From Vicugna vicugna (Eukaryota), in NCBI GenBank assembly GCA_013265495.1, contig MU058444.1, forward strand, positions 1 to 64,000: a DNA stretch of 64,000 nt. Reading direction: 5' to 3'. Positions within the stretch are counted from its first letter, which is position 1. Every line of letters begins with the position of its first letter. The notes beneath the pieces are model-generated. The model worked only from the letters and a program-made list of their open reading frames with translations. It was not told the origin of the DNA and did no database searches. The position numbers were made by a program, and so were the translations under genes. This document shows positions 1 to 12,450 of the stretch, one piece after another.

Positions 1-324
1 AATCATACAGTTTGTAACCTTTTCAGACTGGCTTCTTTCATTTAGAAATATGTCTTTTTAAGTTTCTTCTATGACTTTCATGGCTTAATAGATCATTTTT
101 TTCCCCACATATATTTTAAAATTTACATATATGTACTGTTCATTGTTTCTAAGAACGTTTAGAGCTTTAGCTTTTTAAACTTTCATAGTTATCAAAGGAA
201 TAAAGCCAACCACAAAATAAGAATTAGTTCAAAAAGATACATACACCCCACTATTAACAGCAACATTATTTATAATTGCTGCTGTTGACACGTCAAATTT
301 CAAAACAAGTTTTCAAAACCAATC

Positions 325-800
325 TGTCCTAACCCAGGTGCCCTGTGAAATAGAACCCAAGACGGGAAATGTGTGCTTGTGTTTTATTTGGGAGGTGTAC
401 TCCCAGGGCAGCAAGAGTGAAGGAAAAGGCGCATGAAGTGATGAAGGCTGGGAGGCCCTGCCACACGAGATGTTCTGCTCCATGACGAGACTTGAAGGGG
501 CAAATCCTGTCCCTTAGTAGGTCCGCTTGCTTGCTCCAGCAGGAGGTGCTCAGAAAGACCATGCGGAGAAGCCATGCCTCAGAACAGTCCTTTGGAAGGA
601 AGAAGCAAGAAGAAATTGATCTGCCAGCCCCCTCTTCTCGCCTCTCTTCCATTGGTAGAAGTTTCCCAAACCGATAAGTCAACACCATCACACTCCTTCC
701 CATCACTGCCCATCTTAAGCGGTCACTTGCCAAGCCAGATCTCAGGTTCTGCAGCAAAGTTCTCCACTGGGATTTGGAAGTGACAGGAAGGACCAGACAC
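325..800. mobile_element. ancient ERVL/MaLR-type LTR fragment (extent approximate)
   Basis: ...tttatttgggaggtg..cccagggcagcaagagtgaagg resembles old ERVL-type LTR ends; family and right end uncertain. Confidence 0.4.
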
Positions 801-1260
801 TGTGAGCACGTGGCAGGTTGGCCGCAGGGCGTGGACTTTTCTGGATTCACACAGAGTAGGTCGGCCACAGCAATAGCTAAGGCAAAGCAAAGGGTCTCTG
901 AGACAGGTGAGGCTGAGAGGACCTGTAGAGGCAAATAAAATATATACTGAAAAAATACAATTTTCCAGTTTTCATCATAATATCTAAGGCTGCAATGAAA
1001 ATCATTTTATATGCCTCTTGCATACTTGTCTGTATATTACCTCAGAATAAAGTCTCAGACATTTATACTGCTGAGTCCAAGGCTTCCAAATCCCTGAGAA
1101 TTTTCCATGTTCCCTTAACAGACAAGAACAAGGAAAGGCACATTGCCCAGGGAGCGTGGCTGGAATCAGTTTCACAGGGTGCCTCCTGCCTTGGAAGCTG
1201 GCTGGATCCCGCTGCACGCGTTAGACGGAAAACAGAAGGTTTAGAATGGTCCCTTTTCTT

Positions 1261-1420
1261 TCTTTTTTAAAACAATTTATTTATTGTTATTATTTTTTGT
1301 CAGGGGAGAGGTAATTAGGTTTTATTATTTATTTTTGTAGGAAGTACTGGGGATTGAACCCAGGACCTTGTGCATGCTAAGCATGCGCTCTACCACTTGT
1401 GCTACCACCTCCCCCCCCCC
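1261..1420 (-). mobile_element. tRNA-Ala-derived camelid SINE (vic-1-like)
   Basis: tRNA-Ala(AGC) head plus AT-rich tail; TSD agaatggtcccttttctt / agaatgatcccttatctt. Confidence 0.88.
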
Positions 1421-4067
1421 AGAATGATCCCTTATCTTCTCAGTTTTCACCTTTTTTCTTACTTTTGTCCATGACAGCCAGCCTAAAGATGTTTCTGCCA
1501 AGATGTTCTAGCAGAGAAATGCAGCCATTTTGGCTTTAGAAACTCCTCTTTCCTTCTGGGAAGGGTGTCTACAACAATAGAGGATGCGGATTCAAAAGGG
1601 ATTATGAGACTGATGGGTGAGAGATGGGACTTCTACCCTGGTGCGACTTGCCAGCCTGGGGGGCAATGGTCAGGCAGATGGTGCAGCCAGACTGGCCTGC
1701 GTTCCATCCCTGGCCTCCTGCTAACTTGCTGTGGCCTTGGGCAAGTCACTCACTCTCTGCCTCACTTCCCTCCTGCTAAATGAGGTGATTATACTAATCT
1801 AGATGAATGCTAAGGGACCCTGTAGCTTCAAGCTTTTGTTCAAACCCAGATGTACAGTTTAACCAACTTTTATTTCTTCCTTAGTGCTGGACAAAAAAAT
1901 AAAATATGGTGAATAGAAAATCACAAAGCTCTGCCAATTCATAGCAATACTTTAACAGTTTTTTAATAAACATTATTTAGAGTTGTGAAAAAATTGGAAA
2001 CGTTCCAAATGCCACAAACAACAAGAATGTGTAAATCTTATATTTCTTTGGGGTGGAATATTATGCAGCCATTAGAAATAGTGTTTTCAACTGGAAAGAT
2101 GAATAATAAGTTAAAGTGGTTACTCTTTAGTATAGAGAGAGTGAGGGTGATTGGTAGATGAGTGCGTGGGTCAAGATGGAGTGAGATTTCTTAATATGCA
2201 TGTAATTTTATTGTTCTGTAATTCAGTCAATATCAACATTTTAAAAAATTAATGTTTTCCAAATATATTTAATTACATTTAAAGGTGTTCATCTTATAAT
2301 TTTAAGATTTTTAAAAGCAGAGTATGGTACTTGACATATGTGTGTATATAAAATGACCTTGATTTTGTTTTAAAGTGCATAGAAAAAATTTAAAGAAATA
2401 CTTAAAAATACTCTCTTTGGGAAATGAGATTTGAAGTAATATTTTTGTTTTTTATTCCTTTTTATGCTATGTAATTTTTCAGCAATGAATGTGTATTTGT
2501 TTCCTCAATGAGAAAAAAATATGAACACATACATATATATATGCATATATATATGTATTTGAAAGTATATGTCAAAGAAGAAAGTCTTTGTTTCTTTCAG
2601 CTTGCTTTACTTCTACAGTGTCGCCACCTTTCCTCTCCACCCTCCCTCAGGACCGGAAGGGGTGAGCTTTCTCTTCCCCCTCTTCTTGTCTGGCTGGGAC
2701 TTCTCTTGGGTAAAATGCTATACATTGATCTGTTTCTAGGTTTGTTCTCCTACGTCTTTGATCTCTGGTTCCATGAGCAATGATTGCTAGCACCCTCAGC
2801 TATTTCTTTTTCTTCTAAGTTGTGTAATTTTTCCTCTTTGCCTATGATGTCATTCTGTCCCCAGAGCAGTCTTGTAACATTTCCATACATTTTACCTTGT
2901 AAATGTTTGGGAATCTCCGTCTAGGCACTCAGTGTCTTCTCACAGAGTGTGTGTGACTTTTTAAAGTTTTGTTCGGCAAGAAAGTATTTACAGGCAGTCC
3001 TTCTGCTAAATGTTGGGAGTAAAATGATGAATAAAATCCGGCTTCTGCCGTAGAGGCGCTCAGAATCTCCATCAACAAACACAAATAACCCATCTGTGCC
3101 TCAGTGTCTTCATCTACAGAAAAATGGTGTCTACTTCACAGGGTTGGTATGAGGACTGGATGAATTACTACATATAAAGTGCTTAGAACAGTGCTGGGAC
3201 AGCATAGTAACTCTATAAAGTCTTCTTACATCATTGCTGCTAATTTTTTGCCTTCAAATTGTGACTCGTGTGTGTCTGCTGTGAGAAGAAGTACCGAGAG
3301 TCAGAAGCTAGGTTCCTAGTTTAACTGCTTATTAACTCACTGGGCTAATTTGAACCTCAGTTTCCTCATCTGTAAAATATGCACAATAGTACCTACCTTA
3401 CAGGGTTGCCATGAAAATTTCACTAGAAAAACCTATATCCAGGTGTGTAAAAGTGGAAGTTCTTATTATGGTTTGAGTTCAGGGAAAGTTGTTGTATAGA
3501 AACAAGCATCTTCATTCACACTTGCTCTATGTCTTTCAAGGAATATGGCTTAAATAAGATATAATTCACTCAGAATTAAATGGACATGGCAGAGTTACCG
3601 TCAGCTTAGCAGAAGCCTGATTGAGCATTCGGGTTCAGCAGGAAGACTTGATTTTGAATAGGTGTGTATCAGAAGAAAGGGCAGTAAGGAACTACATTTA
3701 TGTCATGGGAGCATCCAGAGGAGAGGTTCTGGATCCATCAGTGATGCTGGAGGTGGGCGAGGAGAGTCTGAGGGAGAAGTGAGCTTTGGGAGTGTGTGCT
3801 GTCCCAGCACGTGTGGGTGCTCATACCACGTAATCCCAGCTCTGCCAGGAGCCTGCAGTGACTGGCTGTGGGCTCAGTGATTTCGAGGGTGGCCAGAGGT
3901 GCCAGAGAGTCGTCTTCCAACACTCAGTCAGTTCTGGAAGAGTCTGAGATTGTAATCCAGTCTGAGCCTAAGAAAGTATGTGTGTTGTAGACTGATATTC
4001 ATGGAAATATGGCTTCCTTTATATCAGCAATAGAGTAAAAAGAAGGCTTTTAAAAAATATGTGACAG

Positions 4068-4213
4068 GTATAGCTCAGGGGTAGAGTGCATGCTTAGCAT
4101 GCATGAGGTCCTGGGTTCAATCCCCAGTACCTCCATTAGAATAAATAAGTAAATAAATAAATAAATGTAATTAGCTCCCCCCCAAACAAATAATAAAATA
4201 TTTTTTAATAAAT
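4068..4213 (+). mobile_element. tRNA-Ala-derived SINE (vic-1-like)
   Basis: gtatagctcaggggtagagtgcatgcttagcatgc...ggttcaatcccc (A/B boxes); TSD aaaaatatgtgacag / aaaaatatatgacag. Confidence 0.9.
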
Positions 4214-5599
4214 AAAAATATATGACAGTGAATTCATGTCCTTAATAAGAAAAAGACATAAGAGTAGAAAAAACATGCAAAGGACAGGAAAAGGCAATTC
4301 ACGGAAGATAATAAAATGGCCTCCACCTGTAAGAAAGGATGCTCAATATCTCTTAAGGAACCATAAAGTAACACAAGAATGAGATTTTTTTGCTCAGTAT
4401 ATTGGCAAACAAGAAAAAGGTTGATAATCTTCTGGCATGTTTTCTGTTTTAACATAAATGTTTGCTAAGGTTTTAGATATTTTGATTGACCGGATGGCTC
4501 CTGTTTGAAAATCCACGTGCACTGCTCCCTCTACCCATTTAAGGTCATTAGTGAAATCTAGCAAAGTCCTCTGGAACAGATCTCAGAAGGCCCAGAATCA
4601 GGCAGCAGCTCTGAAACAGATTTCTTCAGTGACCTTAAGTGTAGACTTTCAGTACCTTATTCTCCTAAAACTTAAGGAGGACAAGACCTACTTTTTCTAT
4701 GTATCGCTGAAATGTGATCAAGATAAATGACCTAACATAGAAAATGTTTCCAGCGCCTTGAAAGGCCAGGCACATTCTTCAACACTCGAATCTATAAATC
4801 AGGCAAAAAAACAAAATCAGTCTAATTCACTTAATTTGGGGAAAATGCTCACTTAAAATCTTACAGTTAGAACAGGGTGTTTCCAACTGATCTAATTCTG
4901 TTTTTCAAAGCGTTCCTCAGACTGAGGGTGTTAACTCAGACTTGGGGAACTGATTGACTGTGTCGATTTAGAAGCCACGGACAGCAGTGACTAAGCGCAC
5001 ACGACTCCTGTACCTGCCTCGCACGTGAGCACACCTTTCCCCACCCTGGGCTACGCTGTTGGCGGTGTTGAGTTCGTGCGACCTAGCACTGAAACGTCCT
5101 GTATGAAAATGCTTTGTTGCTCCGATTTTTAAACCTTTACAGTGTGACACAGGTTATTTTTTCCGAAGTAAACTAGAATCAGACTTCTCAGGCTTCATAC
5201 TGCTTTCTTCAGCAGCTTTTGAGGGAGGGTCTCTGTACCTTTGTCACTGGTAAAAAAAAATAATCCAGATTAGAAGTCCTGGGTTTTTTTTTTCTTTTTA
5301 AAATTTAAACCATGTACAACATTAGTCCAAATTGTGTTCAATATGTCAAGCTAAATTACACTACACTAACCAATGTAAGTGTAGTCCTATAAGCAGAGGT
5401 AGGTTAGAATAACCTACATTTTAAAAAAACCAAATCCCAGCTCACCTAGAATCCTGGGGGAGGCGGCGGGTGGAGCTCTGCCCTCTTCCCCTCAACAAAA
5501 CACTAAACAGAAAAATGTCTTCTAGGTAATGAGTGTTACTATGTGTCAAGTGTTATACTTTATTCAGCTTATTTCACCCTCAAGTCTATTTCTATTTTA

Positions 5600-5838
5600 T
5601 TTATTATTACTATTGTTATATTTTATTGAAGTATAGTCAGTGACAATGTGTCAGTTTCTGGTGTACAGCATCATGTCCCAGATACACATACTCATATTTG
5701 TTTTAATATTATTTCTCATTAAAGGTTATTACAAGATACTGAGTTTACTATACTATAATTATCTTTCAATGGCGGTAGGGGGGACTGAACCCAGTATGCT
5801 AAGCACACACTCTACCACTGAGCTATACCCTCCCCCCA
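5600..5838 (-). mobile_element. tRNA-Ala head fused to an L1 3' end, inserted in a MIR
   Basis: tRNA-like head 5768-5837, L1 3' terminus 5600-5765, one TSD agtctatttctatttta / agtctacttccacttta. Confidence 0.75.
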
Positions 5839-6117
5839 AGAGTCTACTTCCACTTTATAAATGAGACAGCTGAGGCTGAGTGGGGTTCAGTAACTTACCT
5901 AACATTTCACGGGTGCTAAAGCATCCAAGTTGAAGAACTGAAAGGTACTCTGCCATTTCTTTCTTAAATCCGAGCAGCTACATTTTAATCTATTTCAAAT
6001 GTTGAGCTTTCGTTTCTGACACTGGTGAATGCTTCCCACATAGCCTTGAGGTAACCAAAATGCAACTTTAATAATGTTACTTCTCCACTTGAAACCCCTG
6101 AATAGCTTCTCATCACC

Positions 6118-6310
6118 TAGAGCAGTGGTCCTCAAAGTGTGGTCCCCAGACCAGCAGCACAAGCACCGCCCAGGAATTGCTGGAAATGCAAATTCTCAGA
6201 CACCCATCTCCCCACTTCAGACCTACTGAATTGGAAGCTGAGGCTGAGAAATCTGGGTACAGACAAGCTCTCTGGATGCTTGTGATGCCACATGCTCAAG
6301 CCTGATCTTT
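6118..6310. mobile_element. MER5A-like hAT MITE
   Basis: cagtggtcctcaaagtgtggtccccagaccagcagca...gaaatgcaaattctcag...agacctactgaat. Confidence 0.75.
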
Positions 6311-6680
6311 AGGTGACATTCAAGACCCTTGTGTGATAAGGATTACCTCTCTAGCCTCATCTGGCTGCTCATTGCTTCCCCCCTCAAAGGGCACTTGTAT
6401 CCACTAAATGCACCACTGCTGCTTCCTGACCAAGGACAATGTCACCTGTGGTTAAGCACAAGAATCCTGGAGCCAGACTGCCTGGCCTTGAACGCCACCT
6501 ATGTCACACTCTCAGTGTGACCTGGGTCAAGTTACTGAACCTAATGAGTCTTAGTTTACCCACATATAAAATGCGGGTGAAGGTAATAATAATATCTACT
6601 TCATTTGTTGTTGTGAGAATTAAATAACTCTGAGAATAGTGTCCAGAACACAGTACTTACTCTGCAAATACATTCCTGTA

Positions 6681-7034
6681 CAGGTGGTCCCCAGCTTAGG
6701 ATGGAACCAGCCCATCAAGGCTCAACGTAACGATTTTTTTTATTTTACGAGGATGTGAAAGAGATATGCTTTCAGTGGAAACCGTACTTAGAGTTTTGAA
6801 TTTTGATCTATTCCAGGTTAGTGACATGCTGTGAGGTGGTCTCTAGTGATTGTGTTACATAGTTTTACCCAGCTATGGGCTCGTGTAAGTGCCCTAGGCA
6901 CAGTGATGGCAAGCCGGGCCAAGCTGTGATGTTTGGTAGGTTAGCTGTACCAAATGCATTTTTGACTTTTGAGCTTTTCAAATTAATGGCAGGTTTATGG
7001 AGACTTGACCCCATCATAAGTCAAGGAAGATGTG
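6681..7034. mobile_element. Tigger-family (MER47-like) non-autonomous DNA transposon
   Basis: TA target duplication; imperfect TIRs caggtggtccccagcttaggatgg / ccatcataagtcaaggaagatgtg. Confidence 0.75.
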
Positions 7035-7045
7035 TATTCGCTTGT

Positions 7046-7500
7046 TGTATTAGTTTCTTGTGGTTTTTATAACAAATCACTGCAAACTTAGTGCCTTGTA
7101 AACAACAAGAATGGATCTTTCACAGTTCTGGAGGCCAGACGTTCAACGTCAGTTCCACTGGGCTGAAGTCAAGGTGCGGCAGTTCATCACTTCCTCCAGA
7201 GGCCCTGGGGGGACCCATCCCTCGTCTCTTTCGGCTTCTGGTAGCCTGGTTCCTGGCTTGCGGCCACATCATGCCATCCCTGCCTGTACTTTCACATTGC
7301 CTTCTTCTCTGTGTGTAACCACCCTCTGCCTCTCTGAAGCACACTTGTGATTGGATTTAGAGCCCACCCCGGTAATTCAGGATAATCTCCCCGTGGGGAG
7401 ATTCTTAATCACATCTCGAAGACCCCCTTTCCTTACAACATCTGCAGGTTCCAGTGATTAGGGCTTGACACCTTGGGGTGGCTGTTGTTCAGCCTGCAGC
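7046..7500 (-). mobile_element. MLT1-type MaLR solo LTR
   Basis: tgtattagtttc...acagttctggaggccagac...gattggatttagagcccacc...aggataatctccc. Confidence 0.8.
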
Positions 7501-7680
7501 CCTTGTGTGATCCTGACCCCCCATAGCATCCTTTGCTCCGTTTCCTCCTTCTCTTTGACTCCGAGTTTGCCTCCTTCAGGAAGTCTTCCCTCACTTCCCC
7601 TGTGCCAGCTTTAGTCCAGCTCTTCTGTGCTCCCATAACGTCCTGAACATGCCCCATCACTATTTTTTTAATAGACTATA

Positions 7681-7868
7681 AAACAACTAGTTTCTACTGT
7701 ACAGCACAGGGAATTATAGCCAACATCTTGCAGTAACTTTCGGTGAAAAAGAATATGAAAACGAATATATGTATGTTCCCATATGACTGAAGTATTATGT
7801 TGTACACCAGAAATTGACACAGCATTGAAAACAGACTATACTTCAATAAAAATATATTAAAAAATAAA
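7681..7868 (+). mobile_element. short L1 3' end
   Basis: ...tgtacaccagaaattgacacagcattg...gactatacttcaataaaaa plus A-rich tail; TSD aatagactata / aataggctgta. Confidence 0.8.
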
Positions 7869-7894
7869 ATAGGCTGTATCATTACTTTTAATAG

Positions 7895-9560
7895 GTTTCT
7901 TTTTCCAGTTTTATTGCGATATAATGGACATCCAGCACTGTATAAGCTTAAAGCGTACAGCATCACAATTTGACTTACATACCTCGTGAAATGATTATCA
8001 TGGTAAGTTTAGTGAGCATCTGTCATCCCATATAGGCACAAAATTAAAGAAACACAAAAAATTTCCTTGTGATGAGAACGCTTAGGAGTCACTCTCTTAA
8101 CAACTGTCATATGTAACATACATATGCGTTAATTCTACTTACCGTGTTGTATGTTGCATCCCTAGTATTTAATGTATCTCATAGCTGGAAGTTTGTATCT
8201 TTTGACTACCTTCGTTTTTCTAGAGCAGTTTTATGTTTACAGGAAAAAAAATATATATAGGAAGACCAAAGCTTTTCTGTATACACCCTCTTCCTGACCC
8301 CTCTTTACAATTTCCCCTATTATAAACATCTTGCCTTGGTATGGTACGTTTGTTATCATCGATGAACCAATATTGATTCATTACTAATGAAAGTCCATCA
8401 TTTATATTAGGATTCATTCTTTCTGCTTTACAGTTCTGTGGGTTTTGTTGAATGCATAATGTCCTGTATCCACCTTTACCTTGTCACACAGAACAGTTTC
8501 CTTGTCCTGAAAGTGTCCCGTGTCCCACCTACTCATCTTTCTCCCCAGCCCCCTGCATTCTTGGCAACCACTGATCTTTTCATTGTCTCCATAGTTTTGC
8601 CTTTTCCAGAATGCCATGGAGCTGGAATCATACCATGTGTGACCTTTTCAGATTGGCTTCTTTCACTCAGCAATATGCACTTGAGTTTCCTCCATGTCGT
8701 TCTGTAGCTTGCATGTTTATTTCTTGTTATTGCTGAAAACGATTTCATGGTTGGGGTGTACCACATTTACCCACTCACCTATTGAAAGGCAACTTGGTTG
8801 CTCTCAAGTTTTGACGGCTTTGAATAAGACTGCTGTAAACATGCCTGTGCAGATTTTTGTGAGGACATAAATTTTCAACTCCAAATACCTGGGAGTGCAA
8901 TTGCTGAATCATATGATAACAGTATGTTTAGTTTGGTAAGAAGCTGCCAAAATAGCTTCCAAAGTGGCTGTACCATTTTACAGTCCCTCCAGCAGCAGTG
9001 AGTGACAGTTCCCGTTGCTTCACACCCTTGCCAGTGTTTGGTGATGTCTGTGTTTTAGACTCTGGCCCATCTCGTAGGTGTGTAGTGATGTCTCACTGTT
9101 GTTCTAATTTGCATTTCTCTGATAACATAAGATGTAGAGCAGCTTTCAGAGGCTTATCTGCATCCGTGTATCTTCTTTGGGGAGGCACCTGCTCAGATCT
9201 TCCTCCCTTTTAAAGTGGGTGGTTTGTTTTCTTATTGTTGAGTTATGCAGCATATCTGGTATGTTACGGCAGGCTCCCAGGCTCCCAGTCTGTGGCTTTT
9301 CTTTTCATTCTCAACAGTGTCTTTTGCAGGACAGGCATTTTAATTTTAATGAAGTCCAGGCTTCATTTTTTCCTCTCATGAATTGTGCTTTTGGTGCTGT
9401 GTCTAAAAATCCATTGCTAAACCCTAAGTCACTTTGATCTGTCTGGATTAAATATGTCAGTATTATCTAGATAAAAATAAATGTATCTAGTCTTACCCCC
9501 TGTCTCCTAGAAGCTTTATCCTCTTGCATTTTATCTGTAGGTCTGTGATCCCTTTGAGTT
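7895..9560 (-). mobile_element. stacked older L1 (L1M-type) 3' UTR/ORF2 fragments
   Basis: typical antisense L1 motifs (ggcttctttcactcagcaatatgc, caaagtggctgtaccatttta, tttaattttaatgaagtcca). Confidence 0.75.
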
Positions 9561-9689
9561 GTCCGTGTCTTTTTGTCGTTCATCTCTTCTGCTTCCTTGC
9601 ACCTGTCTGTGAGTTCTCCTAGAGATTAACAGATGTCTTATGTGCTCCAGTACTTGGTACTAAGTAGACCTCAAAAAAATAAGTGAGGG

Positions 9690-10197
9690 TGTTGACAAAC
9701 ATAGTTAGTAAGCGATCTATAATAGAAATAGAAGAGAGTTTTATTTGAGCCAAACTCAGGGCTGTAGCCCTGAAGACAGCCTCTCACATAACTGAGGACC
9801 TGCTCCAGAGAAGCATGGTTTTCAGCAGTTTCATGTCTTGTCAGGACAAAGAACATCAAACAAGTCAGGGATACTTTCTTTCAAGGTTTAAAAAAAACCC
9901 AGATCAGTGGGTACACAGCGAGTCAGCACGGCCTTGGCACCTAGGAAGGGAGTCTTATCATTGAAGCAGGGCCAGCGTTGGCGTCTCAGGAAGGGAGGCA
10001 TTTAATCTTTATTTTTAACAAAGACATTCTTTACTTCCGGTCAGTGTGCTCTTTTCTTTAATAACGAAAGCAGATGTACAAATGTGTGATTGATAAGCCA
10101 CCAGCAGGCTGTTCTAGTTAGCATAAAATCCAAGTTGACTGATGTATAAGCCATAATGACTTCCCTGTACCTCAATATGTGCAGATTTCTTTTATCA
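9690..10197 (-). mobile_element. ERV1-class solo LTR (508 nt)
   Basis: TG...CA termini flanked by perfect 4-bp TSD AGGG; AATAAA on the minus strand near 9740. Confidence 0.8.
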
Positions 10198-10237
10198 AGG
10201 GAGTAAGCTTTATCTTGCTCACCAGCAGCTCAACCAT

Positions 10238-10348
10238 TCTTTTTTTTTTTTTATAAATTTTTTAAAATTAAAAAAAATTTACTTAATGGAGGTACTGGGG
10301 ATTGAACCCAGGACCTCGTGCATGCTAAGCATGAGCTCTATGCCTGAG
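10238..10348 (-). mobile_element. vic-1-like SINE, tail half (5' head missing)
   Basis: poly-T tail followed by tggaggtactggggattgaacccaggacctcgtgcatgctaagc. Confidence 0.8.
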
Positions 10349-11022
10349 TAGAGTGCATATTATTTTCTCTTTTTATGTCTATAGATTTAGAAATAAAAGC
10401 AAAGCCCCTTAATCAGGGAAAGAATACAGAGTACTTGTTTCTATTCTAAATCCGAAAAATATCTGTATTAGCCCCAATATCCTTTTTCATACACAAAAAT
10501 CAAATGTCAGATTTGACTGGCACAGTGATCAAACGGTATAATTTTTCTGTGACAATCCCAATTTCAGATATACCTGATTTATCTTATTCCTTTCAAAAAG
10601 CTTTTATGTAAATACGTTCACAAACCGGGAACATTCTTTGTTGGTTTCTCCTGGAAGGTGTCCCTGGGACATTCCCCTTTTGGAGTCTGAGGCCCACCAG
10701 GCAAACTCCACTTTCTTACAGATTCAGCCTTTAAAGTCTTGGAGCCTCGCCCTTAACCCTGAGTTGGCCGCTGCAGCTTTACTGCAGTGCAGAGATTTTG
10801 TTCGGTGCCAGTGTGCTGTTTGCAACGGAAGCAGGTGGTTGTCCTTTGCGGCACATATTTTTAAAGGATTGGTGGGTTACTTGTGTTTGGCGGACAATTT
10901 GACCATCTGGTAAAAGTCACGTTTTACTTGTGGACTTAACAGCAGGACCTAAGTAGGGAAAGCCCAGTGGTCAGCTTTGCACGAGCCAGTGTCTTGGGAC
11001 CACATGAAACAGGTCAGCTCTG

Positions 11023-11082
11023 TTGAACGAGGGACCTTGTGCACGCTAAGCATGCACTCTATGACTGAGCTATACCCTCCCC
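11023..11082 (-). mobile_element. vic-1-like SINE, head half (tail missing)
   Basis: ttgaac...gctaagcatgcactctatgactgagctataccctcccc. Confidence 0.8.
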
Positions 11083-12450
11083 ACCCCCAATTTTTTTTAC
11101 ATCATCCACCATGCGATACATACAAAGATAAATATTATTTTGATCAGTGAAAGATCTTAGGGCATAGCACAAAATACCAGGAGATAAAGATTTTTATTTT
11201 CAAGGATTTCTTAGTTATAAGTCTTGACATGTGTGTATGCGCACATGTGCACATGCACACACACGCACACACACACAGCCCTTCTGTGCACAGTCTGCAT
11301 TCAGGACGGCCAGTTATGACTGAAGTGGATGGGAGCTTCAGATTCTGAGGTGGGGCAAGTAGGGTGTTCCTGTGAACTTTTCATTCTTAAGGCTTTCTTG
11401 TATAAGCGTGAGGACCTTGAACCCTAAACAGTGTTTGATGACATTGGAGCATATTTGATCTTGGGTTGAGGGCTGTCATGACATCACTGGGAAGCCGGAC
11501 CCTGGAGTCCCGGTTACCATACACGAGACTGCACAGTCAGAGGGTAAACAAGGAACCGCCCCCCCCCCAGTGTTGGCTATCACTGCTGTTGCCCTCCCGA
11601 GACTGTAGGACCAAACCCAGAATGCATGGGGGCCAAGTTCAACCCCAGACTTGATAGCAGAGTGATTTACTGAAGGAGGGGCAGAGTCTGAGGTGAGGTG
11701 GAATGAACAGAAGTGGTGCCCATGGCTTGGCCTTTGGGGGTGTCACAGATCTGAGCTGGGAATACTGCACTGCTGCCCCTAAACGTGGGGTTCCCACGAA
11801 GGATGGGGGTGGCACAAAGGTGACTAGGAAAGAGAATATTGACTATTTTATGTTTCTATTTAATCTCTGTTTTTGAGAAGGATGTAGAAAATTACCCAAA
11901 AGGAAGTTTTTAGGTTGCGATGGACTTCAACTTCTATGTGTAGCCCTGTCTCCTCTTAGCAGGGATAGTGAAGAATAACCTTGCTTCCAGAGGAATGAGA
12001 AGTCAGTGATTTAATGACTGATGGTAATTTGGGGTGAAAAGCAAGGTGGTTGTTGTCTAAGAAGCACTGAGGTGCTGAGAAACTCCCCGTATACTGGCTG
12101 ATGAGTGAGGATGGGTGCCGGCTTTTCGTAGGCTTCAGCCAGATGCTCTTGATTCTTCAGGCAGATAATTTGACATAAAAGCCTTTGCTGTGCTTTCCCT
12201 TCAAGGCAAGCTAGCAAATAGAGGACAGGCTTTCAAACAGTTCTGACTGTGCTGTACAGTGGAAAGGACATTTTACACTATGGTCGGGGTATTTACCCCC
12301 TGAAACTGGCACACATGCACACACACACACCGCGGAAATAAAGCTGCAGAAGCAATGCCCTTTAGGAATTATGCACTGGGAAATTGTCTCTTCTCTGCCC
12401 AGTTGCATTAAAAACACAATTATTTGCAATACACTGAATTGCTTGGCTGA

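Noticed and set aside
329..934. 201-aa minus-strand ORF
   Set aside because: Non-ATG start, no recognisable domain, overlaps LTR-like sequence. A BLASTP hit with purifying selection would overturn this.
4068..4136. tRNA-Ala gene calls here and at other tRNA-like heads
   Set aside because: The complete copies carry a SINE tail and TSD and all show substitutions; they are SINEs, not tRNA genes.
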